From: Candidatus Hydrogenedentes bacterium ADurb.Bin170
Lineage (GTDB): Bacteria > Hydrogenedentota > Hydrogenedentia > Hydrogenedentales > CAITNO01
Direction of reading: 5' to 3'
NCBI GenBank assembly: GCA_002070275.1
Contig: MWCY01000002.1
Location: 11,820 to 75,819, forward strand
DNA: 64,000 nt
This document shows positions 55,825 through 64,000 of the stretch, one piece after another (the first letter of the stretch is position 1; each line of letters opens with the position of its first letter). The translations under genes were made by a program, and so were the position numbers. The notes under the pieces were generated by a model that worked only from the letters and a program-made list of their open reading frames with translations, was not told where the DNA came from and ran no database searches.

Positions 55825-57525
55825 ATGATCAGTGTATTGATTGCGGTGGTGATCGTTTCCGGCATAGTCCTGCTCCTTTCTCTTTACATGACATTGTTGG
55901 ATTCACTCTATCCTGAGCAGCTGCGCACCAATGAAGTACTCCACCTCCGCACACACGATCTGTGGATGCTGCGTCTTTGCCGTTACCGGAAAAGCCGCGC
56001 CTCAGGAGAGCCCGTTCTATTTGTCCACGGTCTGGGCGCCAATCAGCATAACTTCACCAATCCTGAAAACGGATGCCTCGTCGATTACCTCAGCAGTAAA
56101 GGCTACGATTGCTGGACTGTGGATCTGCGGGGCACTGCTTCCTCCCGTCCGCCTTTTGAACGCTCGCGCAACGAGGTGCTTCTGGAAGATTTTTTCACGG
56201 AGGATCTTCCCGCTGTTATCGGGCATATCCTGAAGACGACCAATTACAGCAAACTGCACTGGGTAGGGCATTCCATGGGCGGCATGCTCCTCTACGCATA
56301 TGTGCAGACCCATGGAAGTGATCAGATTGCCTCCGCTGTGGCCCTGGGCGCACCACTGGACTTCAGTGACGCAGGGAAAGCCGTTCCGGCCTGGCTCGTC
56401 AAATTCGGCATCCGATTTCCATCCGTCGCTGGGCAACTGGTACGCGGCAGCATCCCGCTCCTGAGACTGCTCAGACTCTCTCCCCCGGCTTTCCCGTTGA
56501 ACCGACGGAATATCCCCAAACGAATGCATGCAGGGCATTTCATCAGCATGATAGAAGACCCCCTGCCCGGTTTGCTCCGTCAGGTACTGCGGTGGATGCA
56601 TGGCGAAAAATATGTGCTCTGCGACGGCACACTTGATATTGTGAAAAATCTTCCCTCTTTTCCGATCCCGCTGCTTGCTTTTTACGGATATAAAGATCCG
56701 TTTGTAGGATATGACAGAGCCAAAAAAGTTTTCGACTCCATTCTGCTGGAAGACAAGAAAGCCATTCTCTGCGCCAAAGCGCAGGGCTTTGCGGAAGATT
56801 ACAGTCATTGCGACCTGGCTTTTTCCAGGGAGGCGGAAAGCGAAATCTTTGAACCTGTCGCCCGGTGGCTGGCAGAACACTCCTGCGTGAAGCAGCAGGA
56901 AAATGGTGCTGATCCGCACGGCGTTGCCGCCGCCGTGGTCAGCCCCGAAAAGAGAGCACACATGCTTTCAGGAGCTGCCTATTCTCATTTGCATGCCGCC
57001 CCGGCGATGCAGGAAGGGGCATCGGTGAAAAAGAGTCCGCAAGAGGAAGATGCGGCATCTGAATCCACAAAAACTGACTTTTTGAAAAGCGGGGATACAC
57101 CAAATCAGTACCCCTCTGATGATTTAAAACGTCGGGTTTCCCGTGTCGTTGTGACCCGATCCGCCAGCTCAAAAGAGCCGGATGCTCCCCCGAAGGCCTC
57201 TGCTCCGAAAACCGCGCCACCGGCGGGAAAAAAGGCGGCAGCAGAGCAGCGGGAAGGTTCAGAAAAAAAAGACAAAAGCCCGGTAAAAGGAAAAAAGAAA
57301 TCTGCACCGCAGAAAAAAGTGGACATGCGCCCGGCAACCGCCAAAGCACGCAAGGCAGGCGCTGCACCGCCAAAATCGGTATCGTCCGTCGCAGCAACCA
57401 TCGGCGGCATAGAAATCAGCCCGGAAGCGCTCGCGCGTGCGGAGTCAATCCGCGCTGCCCGCAACGAAAGCCTGTCACAATTATTATCCGATCTGGATAA
57501 GGATCCGGGTTCCGGGAAATCCTGA
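55825..57525 (+). CDS. Alpha/beta-hydrolase with N-terminal TM helix and C-terminal Lys/Ala/Pro-rich histone-H1-like tail
   Basis: N-terminal TM. Alpha/beta-hydrolase core with GHSMGG nucleophile elbow (HWVGHSMGGMLLYAY) and HGLGANQH oxyanion region. C-terminal approximately 150 aa of KKAAAE/PKxSAPK/KGKKKSAPQKK low-complexity basic sequence. Confidence 0.65.
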   Translation: MISVLIAVVIVSGIVLLLSLYMTLLDSLYPEQLRTNEVLHLRTHDLWMLRLCRYRKSRASGEPVLFVHGLGANQHNFTNPENGCLVDYLSSKGYDCWTVDLRGTASSRPPFERSRNEVLLEDFFTEDLPAVIGHILKTTNYSKLHWVGHSMGGMLLYAYVQTHGSDQIASAVALGAPLDFSDAGKAVPAWLVKFGIRFPSVAGQLVRGSIPLLRLLRLSPPAFPLNRRNIPKRMHAGHFISMIEDPLPGLLRQVLRWMHGEKYVLCDGTLDIVKNLPSFPIPLLAFYGYKDPFVGYDRAKKVFDSILLEDKKAILCAKAQGFAEDYSHCDLAFSREAESEIFEPVARWLAEHSCVKQQENGADPHGVAAAVVSPEKRAHMLSGAAYSHLHAAPAMQEGASVKKSPQEEDAASESTKTDFLKSGDTPNQYPSDDLKRRVSRVVVTRSASSKEPDAPPKASAPKTAPPAGKKAAAEQREGSEKKDKSPVKGKKKSAPQKKVDMRPATAKARKAGAAPPKSVSSVAATIGGIEISPEALARAESIRAARNESLSQLLSDLDKDPGSGKS

Positions 57526-57605
57526 GTGCCCGGGCAAAGGCAGTGCTCAAAATTGACACACGCCTGCTGTTTTTGCTATGCTACACGAACCGACGAGGCA
57601 CGTAT

Positions 57606-57626
57606 CGCCGGGGCGGCGGTTTTTTC
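57606..57626 (+). terminator. Weak candidate intrinsic terminator (CGCCG-GGG-CGGCG then TTTTTTCT)
   Basis: 5-bp GC stem plus T-run, 80 nt after the hydrolase stop. Short stem, so low confidence. Confidence 0.3.
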
Positions 57627-57709
57627 TCTACAAAATCTTCGCATACCTGATTTTTCCCCATTACCCTTGCGCTTTCGGACAAGGTGTGCATAAGGCATAA
57701 TAAAGCCCC

Positions 57710-58522
57710 ATGGGCATGATGAAGATTGGTCTTGTCGGGTGCGGCAATATCGCCTCGGATATCTGTCGTGCAGTCACTGAAAAAGAACTTGCCGCCACTG
57801 TAGTAGCGGTTAATGATATTGATGCGACGCAAGCGGAAACCCTGCTGCGCCGATATAAGTTGAATGCTTCGATTTTGGATCTGGAAAAGCTGGCGGACAC
57901 GGCGGACTTTATCGTGGAGTGTGCGGTGGGTGCTGTGGTACCGGCAGTCATAAAGGCTGCGATCCGATTCGGCAAAGACTGCCTGATTATGAGCCTGGGC
58001 GGATTGCTTGGCAATCCTGCACTGATTGATCAGGCACGCGGTGCCGGAATCCGGCTGCGCCTTCCGTCCGGCGCTGTATGCGGATTGGACGGAATACGGG
58101 CTGCACTGCAGGGGGGGCTCAGTGAAGTAACATTGACCACCCGAAAACCGCCACAGGGATTAAAGGGAGCGCCCTATCTTCTCGAACACGGCATCTCCGT
58201 AGAGAATTTAGAGGAGGCCCTGGTTGTCTTTGAAGGCAGCGCCCGTGATGCGGTGAAAGCTTTTCCGGCAAATGTGAATGTTGCGGCTGCACTGAGTCTG
58301 GCAGGCATAGGCGCCGACAAAACGCAGGTTCGTCTGATTGCAGATCCGGCGGCAACAGTAAACAGCCATGAAATCCGTGCGACAGGCGCCTTTGGCGAAA
58401 TGGTCACCATCATGCGCAATCAACCGTCCCCGCGCAATCCAAAATCGAGTTATATGGCTTCTTTATCCGCAATCGCTGAAGTGGCAGCGGCAGCGGCAGA
58501 ATTTGTGTCCGGGGCAGAATAA
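57710..58522 (+). CDS. nadX: L-aspartate dehydrogenase
   Basis: MKIGLVGCGNIASDI Rossmann start. NadX-type C-terminal blocks (..FEGSARDAVKAFPANVNVAAALSLAG..NSHEI..GAFGEM..NQPSPRNPKSSYMASLSAIAE). Confidence 0.75.
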   Translation: MGMMKIGLVGCGNIASDICRAVTEKELAATVVAVNDIDATQAETLLRRYKLNASILDLEKLADTADFIVECAVGAVVPAVIKAAIRFGKDCLIMSLGGLLGNPALIDQARGAGIRLRLPSGAVCGLDGIRAALQGGLSEVTLTTRKPPQGLKGAPYLLEHGISVENLEEALVVFEGSARDAVKAFPANVNVAAALSLAGIGADKTQVRLIADPAATVNSHEIRATGAFGEMVTIMRNQPSPRNPKSSYMASLSAIAEVAAAAAEFVSGAE

Positions 58523-58568
58523 CCCCCGGGTTTCGCAGCGAAGCGAAGTTTACTTTGGAGAGATAGAT

Positions 58569-58880
58569 ATGTACGCAGTGGTAAAAACAGGCGGTAAGCA
58601 GTACAAAGTGGCTGCCAATTCCCGCATCCGCGTGGAAAAGCTGGACTACGCTGTCAATGACATCGTAGAGCTTGATTCTGTGCAGATGATCATCACCGAA
58701 GACAAAATTATTTTTGAGCCCGATGCACTGAAGTCCGCCCGGGTGCTTGCCCGTGTGGAAGAGCAGGGTCGCGGCAAAAAGATTCGTGTTTATAAGAAGA
58801 AACGGCGGAAAGGCTATGAGCGGGTGCAAGGTCACCGGCAAAGTTATACCCTTCTCCATATTCAAGAGATCAAGGCATAA
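58569..58880 (+). CDS. rplU: 50S ribosomal protein L21
   Basis: MYAVVKTGGKQYKVAANSRIRVEKL.. canonical L21. GGAGAG SD before ATG 58569. The listed ORF from 58368 is an upstream extension. Confidence 0.9.
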   Translation: MYAVVKTGGKQYKVAANSRIRVEKLDYAVNDIVELDSVQMIITEDKIIFEPDALKSARVLARVEEQGRGKKIRVYKKKRRKGYERVQGHRQSYTLLHIQEIKA

Positions 58881-58892
58881 GGAGAAACTACA

Positions 58893-59156
58893 ATGGCATC
58901 GAAGAAAGCCGGCGGCAGTTCGCGAAACGGTCGAGACAGTCATTCACAGCGTCTGGGTGTAAAGCGCTACGGCGGTCAGAGCGTCCGGGCAGGAAATATC
59001 ATTGTGCGTCAGCGGGGCACCCGTCTGCATCCCGGCGTCAATTGCGGCGTGGGCAATGATCACACTCTTTTTGCTCTTGTGGACGGCGTTGTATCTTTCC
59101 GCTACTTCAAGCGCAATCGCAAATGCGTGGACATCATCCCCGCCACAGCGGAATAA
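58893..59156 (+). CDS. rpmA: 50S ribosomal protein L27
   Basis: [57 protein letters not shown] canonical L27. Confidence 0.9.
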   Translation: MASKKAGGSSRNGRDSHSQRLGVKRYGGQSVRAGNIIVRQRGTRLHPGVNCGVGNDHTLFALVDGVVSFRYFKRNRKCVDIIPATAE

Positions 59157-59186
59157 AATCCGCAGCATCGTTGCATCCGAGAAATC

Positions 59187-59221
59187 CAGACACCCCTGAA
59201 ACTTTGGGGGTGTCTGTTTTT
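59187..59221 (+). terminator. Rho-independent terminator/attenuator between rpmA and obgE
   Basis: CAGACACCCC-(10-nt loop)-GGGGTGTCTG perfect 10-bp stem followed by TTTTT. Confidence 0.65.
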
Positions 59222-59254
59222 ATATGAAGTCCGACTGAAAAAAAGGTGATCTCC

Positions 59255-60520
59255 ATGTTCGTCGATCGTGTCAGGGTAAAAGTAAAAAGCGGCAACGGCG
59301 GCAATGGCTGCTGCAGTTTCCGCCGGGAAGCCTTTGTGCCCCGGGGCGGGCCCAACGGCGGCGATGGCGGCAACGGCGGCAATATTTATTTCCGCGCCTC
59401 CGCCCGACTGACTACGCTTGTTGACATGCGGTATCATCCGAACTGGGCGGGAAAGCGGGGCATGCACGGGCAGGGAAAGAATTGCACCGGTCGCAACGGC
59501 GAAGATCTTTATCTTGAAGTGCCGGTCGGTACTGTTGTCCAGGACTATGAAACAGGCGAAGTGTGTGCAGATCTGACGGAGGACGGACAGGAGTTTCTGG
59601 CGGCACGGGGCGGACAGGGCGGCAGGGGGAATGCGCGCTTTGTCACTTCCACCAATCGTATACCCCGTTTTGCGGAAAAAGGAGAGCCCGGCGAGGAAAA
59701 AGAATACATCCTTGAATTGAAACTGATTGCCGAGGCAGGTCTGGTCGGGCTTCCCAATGCCGGCAAGTCCACTTTTCTGACAGTGGTAAGTGCGGCACGT
59801 CCAAAAATTGGGGATTACCCCTTTACCACCCTTTCTCCCAACCTCGGTGTAGCGCTTCTCTCCGATCACCGAATGCTGACTATTGCGGATATTCCGGGCA
59901 TAATCGAAGGGGCAGCGGAAGGCAAAGGGCTAGGCCATGATTTTCTCCGGCACATTGAGCGCACTCTGGCACTCGTGTTCCTTATTGATCTGGGCGACGC
60001 CGATCCATTGGACACTGTGAATATTCTGGAATCAGAACTGATACAGTATAATCCGGAGCTGGGAGAGCGCCCCCGCCTTTATGCATTCAATAAATCTGAT
60101 GTTCCTGAAAACAGCGAAACTTTTCGCAAACTGCAGGAAACCCTGCCGCCGGACTCTTTTCTGATCTCCGCCGCCACGGGAGAGGGTGTGCCGCCCCTGC
60201 TCAACCGACTGTGGCATGTAGTGGAGCAAGCCAGGGAAGCCGAGCGTGAAGAAGCAGAAAGAGAAGAGCGGGAGGCACCCGAGCGCGCATATATGTTTGA
60301 GGCACCCTTCGAAGTGGAACGCATCGAGGCCGGTTTCCAGATTAGCGGAGAAAAAATACTGCGCATCGTTGCCATGACCGATTTTGACAATCCGGAGGCC
60401 ATCGCCCATTTTCAGCGACGCCTGGATAAACTGGGTGTTTTTAAAGCACTTAAACGAATGAAAGCACAGCCGGGCGATACAGTTGTTATCGGTGACTTTG
60501 AAATGGAGTATGAGGAATGA
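59255..60520 (+). CDS. obgE: GTPase ObgE/CgtA
   Basis: MFVDRVRVKVKSGNGGNGCCSFRREAFVPRGGPNGGDGGNGGNIYF Gly-rich Obg fold. G domain (GLPNAGKST, DIPG). C-terminal OCT-like domain. Start at ATG 59255. Confidence 0.9.
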   Translation: MFVDRVRVKVKSGNGGNGCCSFRREAFVPRGGPNGGDGGNGGNIYFRASARLTTLVDMRYHPNWAGKRGMHGQGKNCTGRNGEDLYLEVPVGTVVQDYETGEVCADLTEDGQEFLAARGGQGGRGNARFVTSTNRIPRFAEKGEPGEEKEYILELKLIAEAGLVGLPNAGKSTFLTVVSAARPKIGDYPFTTLSPNLGVALLSDHRMLTIADIPGIIEGAAEGKGLGHDFLRHIERTLALVFLIDLGDADPLDTVNILESELIQYNPELGERPRLYAFNKSDVPENSETFRKLQETLPPDSFLISAATGEGVPPLLNRLWHVVEQAREAEREEAEREEREAPERAYMFEAPFEVERIEAGFQISGEKILRIVAMTDFDNPEAIAHFQRRLDKLGVFKALKRMKAQPGDTVVIGDFEMEYEE

Positions 60521-60620
60521 GCACAGTATAGCTGTAGAGTTCCGCTGCACACGGCACTTTGCTTTTACCCGGCAGTTATGATACAACCGGAACACAGCAC
60601 CTCCGGAGAGGAAGCAAATC

Positions 60621-61403
60621 ATGTCTAGTAAAAAGCGTTATCAGCCCGGCGATCCGCGTCTGATTGTTCTGTGGGCACGCCGCTATGCCCAAAGCCGAAC
60701 CATTTCTTTTCTGGTGCAATGGGTCTTTATTGTGATCATGGTTCTTGTAATCGGCCTTGCCGCCGGTCTCACACAGATAGCCCATGAACAGCACCGGATG
60801 GGACTGTTCACCCTCTCCATCGGAGCCATGGTTCTGTCCGCCCTGATTATGCTCTGGTTTTCCATGTCCCGCTGGAGCAGCGATCTTATTTTCAGCATCA
60901 CCAACTGGCTGTACGGACGGGAAGGATACGCTTCCTGGACAGGCAGCAGCGGAAAAGAGGGGTCGCTTCCTCTCTGGACAACCGGACTGAGCGGCGGTCT
61001 GCTTGCCTACCATCTGCTGGGAGCCCTCCTTATCAGTTTCAATTATATGCCTATCGGTTTGCTCCAGCCCTGGTCTGCATTGTATATGACTCCTTATCTC
61101 ATCATCATGGTGCTGTATCAGCAGTTAGGCTTCTGGGCATGGATCTGGCCGATACTTTACGGGATACACGGTGTGCTCCTCTATTTCGGTGTTCCCCTTC
61201 GTTTCGGAAGGGAATATGAACTGCTGAATATTGTTGTTCCTATTTTCGGATACGGACTTATCGCTATTCTCACCGGGCATATTTACAGTCGCTATGCGCT
61301 TTTAAAGTTGAAAACACTGACCCGTAATGCCATTCCCGACCGGGAGGAAACACAGGACGAAGAGGCAGAAGAAGTGCAGGCGGGAGACCAGGGGCATGGA
61401 TGA
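60621..61403 (+). CDS. Hypothetical polytopic membrane protein
   Basis: Approximately 6-7 hydrophobic helices, basic N-terminus. No motif I can name. Overlaps downstream regulator start by 8 nt. Confidence 0.45.
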   Translation: MSSKKRYQPGDPRLIVLWARRYAQSRTISFLVQWVFIVIMVLVIGLAAGLTQIAHEQHRMGLFTLSIGAMVLSALIMLWFSMSRWSSDLIFSITNWLYGREGYASWTGSSGKEGSLPLWTTGLSGGLLAYHLLGALLISFNYMPIGLLQPWSALYMTPYLIIMVLYQQLGFWAWIWPILYGIHGVLLYFGVPLRFGREYELLNIVVPIFGYGLIAILTGHIYSRYALLKLKTLTRNAIPDREETQDEEAEEVQAGDQGHG

Positions 61404-61701
61404 TCTGGATCGTACCATTCATGAACCTGCCCGGCTCCGTATTCTTACCATTCTGTCCGGAGTGGATGCGGCGGATTTTAACTTTCTGCTGAATACGGCC
61501 AGTCTGACCAAAGGAAACCTGTCTTCTCATATGGATCGTCTGGAAAAAGCAGGCTACGTTTCTGTGGAAAAAAGCTTCAAAGGACGCATGCCTCACACCA
61601 AATTCTCCATTACAGAAGAAGGTGCTTCGGCATTGAAAAAATATTGGGAAGGACTGGATGCCATCCGTGCCATGCAGGATCAGGGAGACAATTCAGCATG
61701 A
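61396..61701 (+). CDS. Small winged-helix transcriptional regulator
   Basis: MDDLDRTIHEPARLRILTILSGVDAADFNFLLNTASLTKGNLSSHMDRLEKAGYVSVEK.. is wHTH (ArsR/PadR-like recognition helix followed by wing). GGGAGA SD. Confidence 0.55.
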   Translation: MDDLDRTIHEPARLRILTILSGVDAADFNFLLNTASLTKGNLSSHMDRLEKAGYVSVEKSFKGRMPHTKFSITEEGASALKKYWEGLDAIRAMQDQGDNSA

Positions 61702-61814
61702 TCCTCCGTGCAGAAGCACAGCCTGTTTTCCTGTCCGGCCGCCTATTCGTTAGTTGCCGCGCAAGTTCAAACCCGGGGCATTATGCAAAGCCCCGAAAGA
61801 AAGAGGAGACCCTT

Positions 61815-62741
61815 ATGCAGACTGCTCATTTGCCTGTTCCTTTCCTTTTCCATGTATGCCTGACGCTTCTGATTATCGGCGTTGCGAGCCTCGGGGCAGA
61901 AGCAGCCACCCTCACGGAAATCTATCCGGAAATGACTTCCAGCCTCCTTGCCGACGCACTTCTGGAAAAACTGCCGGAAGGCACGCTTCTGCAGGCCGAT
62001 TCCGTCATTATTCAGCAGACGGATCTGGATCAGATGAAATCAGACATGAAAGAAAAAATCAAAGAGGATACTTTTGTGTCTGAACTGGGCATCCTTCAGA
62101 ATCTTGCTCTGGACAAAATTCTTGAAGCTGAAGTGCTGCGGGACAAGAACAAATCCGATTATGACGAAAATGAACTGAAAGCCCTTTTTCAGGAATTTGC
62201 GCAAAGCAAGGTTGCCCATGCTATTGTAACGGATGAAGAGGCAGATGCTTTTTATGCGGCAAATCAGGAACTTTTCGGGGGACGCTCTTTAGCAGACCTG
62301 AAGCCCGCCATCAAGCAGACGCTCCAGCGGGAAAAATCGCAGGCAGCCTGGATAGATTATCTGAAATCTTTGGGCTCGTCCATTCCCATTCGTCTTCAGG
62401 CGGATTGGGTCAAAGCGGACGTTGAGCGTTTCAGCAGTTCACCTGTCGAAACTGCAAGAAAGACCGGCAAGCCCGTCTTTGTCGATTTCAGCGCCTCCTG
62501 GTGCGGTCCCTGCAAACGCCTCAAGCCAATCGTCGAATCACTGCAGAAAAAATATGCGGATAAGATGGTGTTTGTCATTCTGGACATTGACGAACAGCCT
62601 TTCCTGGCACAGCATTATGGTGCTTCCTCCGTGCCTCATCTGTTTTTTTATGATGCTGAAGGACGTGCAGCCGGGGATATTCTCGGATTCGTACCTGAAG
62701 AGACGCTTGTGAAAAAATTTGCTGAACTCGGTGTTCAATGA
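61815..62741 (+). CDS. Secreted thioredoxin-domain protein
   Basis: Signal peptide (LTLLIIGVASLGAEAAT). C-terminal thioredoxin fold with WCGPC active site (FVDFSASWCGPCKRLKPIV). AGAGGAGA SD before ATG 61815. The listed ORF from 61644 is an upstream extension. Confidence 0.7.
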   Translation: MQTAHLPVPFLFHVCLTLLIIGVASLGAEAATLTEIYPEMTSSLLADALLEKLPEGTLLQADSVIIQQTDLDQMKSDMKEKIKEDTFVSELGILQNLALDKILEAEVLRDKNKSDYDENELKALFQEFAQSKVAHAIVTDEEADAFYAANQELFGGRSLADLKPAIKQTLQREKSQAAWIDYLKSLGSSIPIRLQADWVKADVERFSSSPVETARKTGKPVFVDFSASWCGPCKRLKPIVESLQKKYADKMVFVILDIDEQPFLAQHYGASSVPHLFFYDAEGRAAGDILGFVPEETLVKKFAELGVQ

Positions 62742-63040
62742 CCTGTTTCTGTTTTCAGGTATGCTATGCAGCCCGTAGCAAGTGCGACCCCGAGCTGATA
62801 AATTAATTGTTTTTATTGTTTTACAGCTCTTTTTTCCTGAACAAGCCCGACTAAGGGGATTTATAGAGATTTTAAAATGAATATTTCCAGAAGAAGCCCG
62901 TCAATATTGATAGCAGGGACTGTGCCCTGCAATTCAGTAATGAAAAATCTGGAGTTGCTTTCCGGATGGAAAACAGCGTGCTTCTCAAAAAATCTGTCGC
63001 ACTTGTCGCTTTTTCCCGGCAGTCTCTGTTTGGAGCGCCT

Positions 63041-63631
63041 ATGATCGAAACAGGCGACAACAGAAGCGCACTGGATGCGGGCCTTATCGCAAGAGCACAG
63101 GCAGGCGACATCAGCGCCTTTGAGGATCTGGTGCGGCGTTATAGAAACGAAGTGTATGCTTTGTGTTTTTATTTTACCCGTAACCGTGAAGACGCCTGGG
63201 ATCTTTCGCAGGAAGTCTTCATCAAGGCATGGCGGGCGCTGTCCCGATTTCGAGGCGACAGCAGTTTTAAAACCTGGCTGATGCGCATTGCCGCCAATCA
63301 CAGCAAAGACCATTTAAAAAAACGACGGATTCAGCTCACCGAATATGACGACGCCCTGCAGGTGCCCGACAACCGGGACAACCGCACGCCCCGGAGCGAA
63401 GCGGAAGCAAAGGAAATCGGGACAGCGATTGATGCAGCTGTCCGGCAATTACCGCCCAAACTCCAGATGGCATTTATACTCCGCGAATATCAGGGGCTTT
63501 CTTATCAGGAAATGGCCGAAGTGATGGCATGCAATATGGGCACCGTCATGAGCCGCCTTTTTAATGCACGGCGCCGCCTGCAGCAGATTCTTGCCCCTCT
63601 GGGCTTATTGGAGGGTTATTCAAATGATTAA
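63041..63631 (+). CDS. RNA polymerase sigma-70 factor, ECF subfamily
   Basis: Sigma2 region (..DLVRRYRNEVYALCFYFTRNREDAWDLSQEVFIKAWRAL..) and sigma4 HTH (..LSYQEMAEVMACNMGTVMSRLFNARRRL). GGAG SD before ATG 63041. Confidence 0.85.
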   Translation: MIETGDNRSALDAGLIARAQAGDISAFEDLVRRYRNEVYALCFYFTRNREDAWDLSQEVFIKAWRALSRFRGDSSFKTWLMRIAANHSKDHLKKRRIQLTEYDDALQVPDNRDNRTPRSEAEAKEIGTAIDAAVRQLPPKLQMAFILREYQGLSYQEMAEVMACNMGTVMSRLFNARRRLQQILAPLGLLEGYSND

Positions 63632-64000
63632 GCGATGGAAATTTCAGAAAATTGCGGCCCGAATAGATGGAGAACTGCCTCTTTCTTCCATGCCGAGCGA
63701 TCCGGAAAGTCAACGCTATGCGCATTTTGTTGAAACGCTGCATAAACACGCTCAGACACTTCCCGAAGCTCCGGTCATTGCCGACGAAAGCATGACGGCT
63801 TTTCTGTCCGGCATTCATGAAGGGCTGGATGCACCTGTTCTGTCAACCGGCCGCCTGTGGACAATGGGTTCCGCCCTCACCGCAGCATTAATTCTGGTTC
63901 TCTCCCTTCTTGTTATTTTTTCCAGGGGCGACGAGAAAGTCCGTGCAACAGAAGTAGAATCCTGCACGACGGAACTGGATGGTGTCACCATCAAAACCTT
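63624..64000 (+). CDS. Putative anti-sigma factor (single TM), partial at window end
   Basis: ATG 63624 overlaps sigma gene stop with GGAGGG SD. MIKRWKFQKIAARIDGELPLSS.. cytoplasmic N-terminus, then TM (LWTMGSALTAALILVLSLLVIF). Runs off the window. Confidence 0.45.
   Translation, partial: MIKRWKFQKIAARIDGELPLSSMPSDPESQRYAHFVETLHKHAQTLPEAPVIADESMTAFLSGIHEGLDAPVLSTGRLWTMGSALTAALILVLSLLVIFSRGDEKVRATEVESCTTELDGVTIKT

Noticed and set aside
59102-59869. 255-aa minus-strand ORF
   Set aside because: Antisense to rpmA, the terminator and the highly conserved obgE N-terminus. Composition is Gly/Ala/Pro-rich junk mirroring Obg's Gly-rich repeats.
1-64000. tRNA/rRNA genes, CRISPR arrays, transposases and integrases
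   Set aside because: I scanned the intergenic regions (longest at 5591-5796, 34511-34951, 47864-48077, 51924-52366, 57525-57710 and 62741-63041) and found no cloverleaf-like GC-rich 75-90-nt candidates. I found no direct-repeat arrays and no DDE or tyrosine-recombinase motifs in any frame I read. A tRNAscan or Infernal run would be decisive.

Overview
GC-rich bacterial chromosomal segment. The domain architectures look like the PVC superphylum (a DUF1559 prepilin-like protein, Thr-type sulfatase-family fusions, Tat/PD40 propellers). This placement is inference only.

The window holds five blocks:
1. 1-9.5 kb: housekeeping and cell-wall genes. These are a GT2 fragment, a membrane LysM-NagZ, an SGNH hydrolase, purD, a ROK kinase, a Tat β-propeller and hemY.
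2. 9.5-23.8 kb: an approximately 14-kb same-strand, translationally coupled glycan/sugar-nucleotide cluster. In order: a GH-like protein with an FGE-like domain, a GalU-like nucleotidyltransferase, a 1124-aa GHMP-kinase/UDPGP-pyrophosphorylase fusion, an ArnT/PMT-like GT-C, a Wzx-like flippase, a second fucokinase-type GHMP kinase, lipB and a DUF58 protein.
3. 23.8-34.5 kb: a 1100-aa secreted β-propeller protein with two CxxCH motifs, then a Dabb protein, a degenerate CPBP-like protein, a flippase-like TM domain fused to a Thr-nucleophile sulfatase-family domain, several hypothetical genes and a DUF1559 pilin-like gene.
4. 34.9-46.5 kb: a truncated dcw cluster, mraZ-[STAS gene]-rsmH-ftsL-ftsI-murE-murF-mraY-murD-ftsW. 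It has a near-consensus P_mra and five phased TGG repeats, which I read as an MraZ operator. MraY carries an approximately 135-aa loop insertion. The cluster stops at ftsW.
5. 46.5-64 kb: an aminotransferase, the ffh-rpsP-KH-rimM-trmD-rplS operon on the minus strand, a strongly signalled hypothetical gene, uvrC, an α/β-hydrolase with a histone-H1-like tail, nadX, rplU-rpmA-(terminator)-obgE, and a membrane protein/wHTH/thioredoxin/ECF sigma/anti-sigma module.

No rRNA, tRNA, CRISPR or mobile elements were seen. The candidate novel systems are the sugar-salvage/GT-C/flippase cluster, the flippase-sulfatase fusion, and the STAS gene embedded in the dcw cluster.
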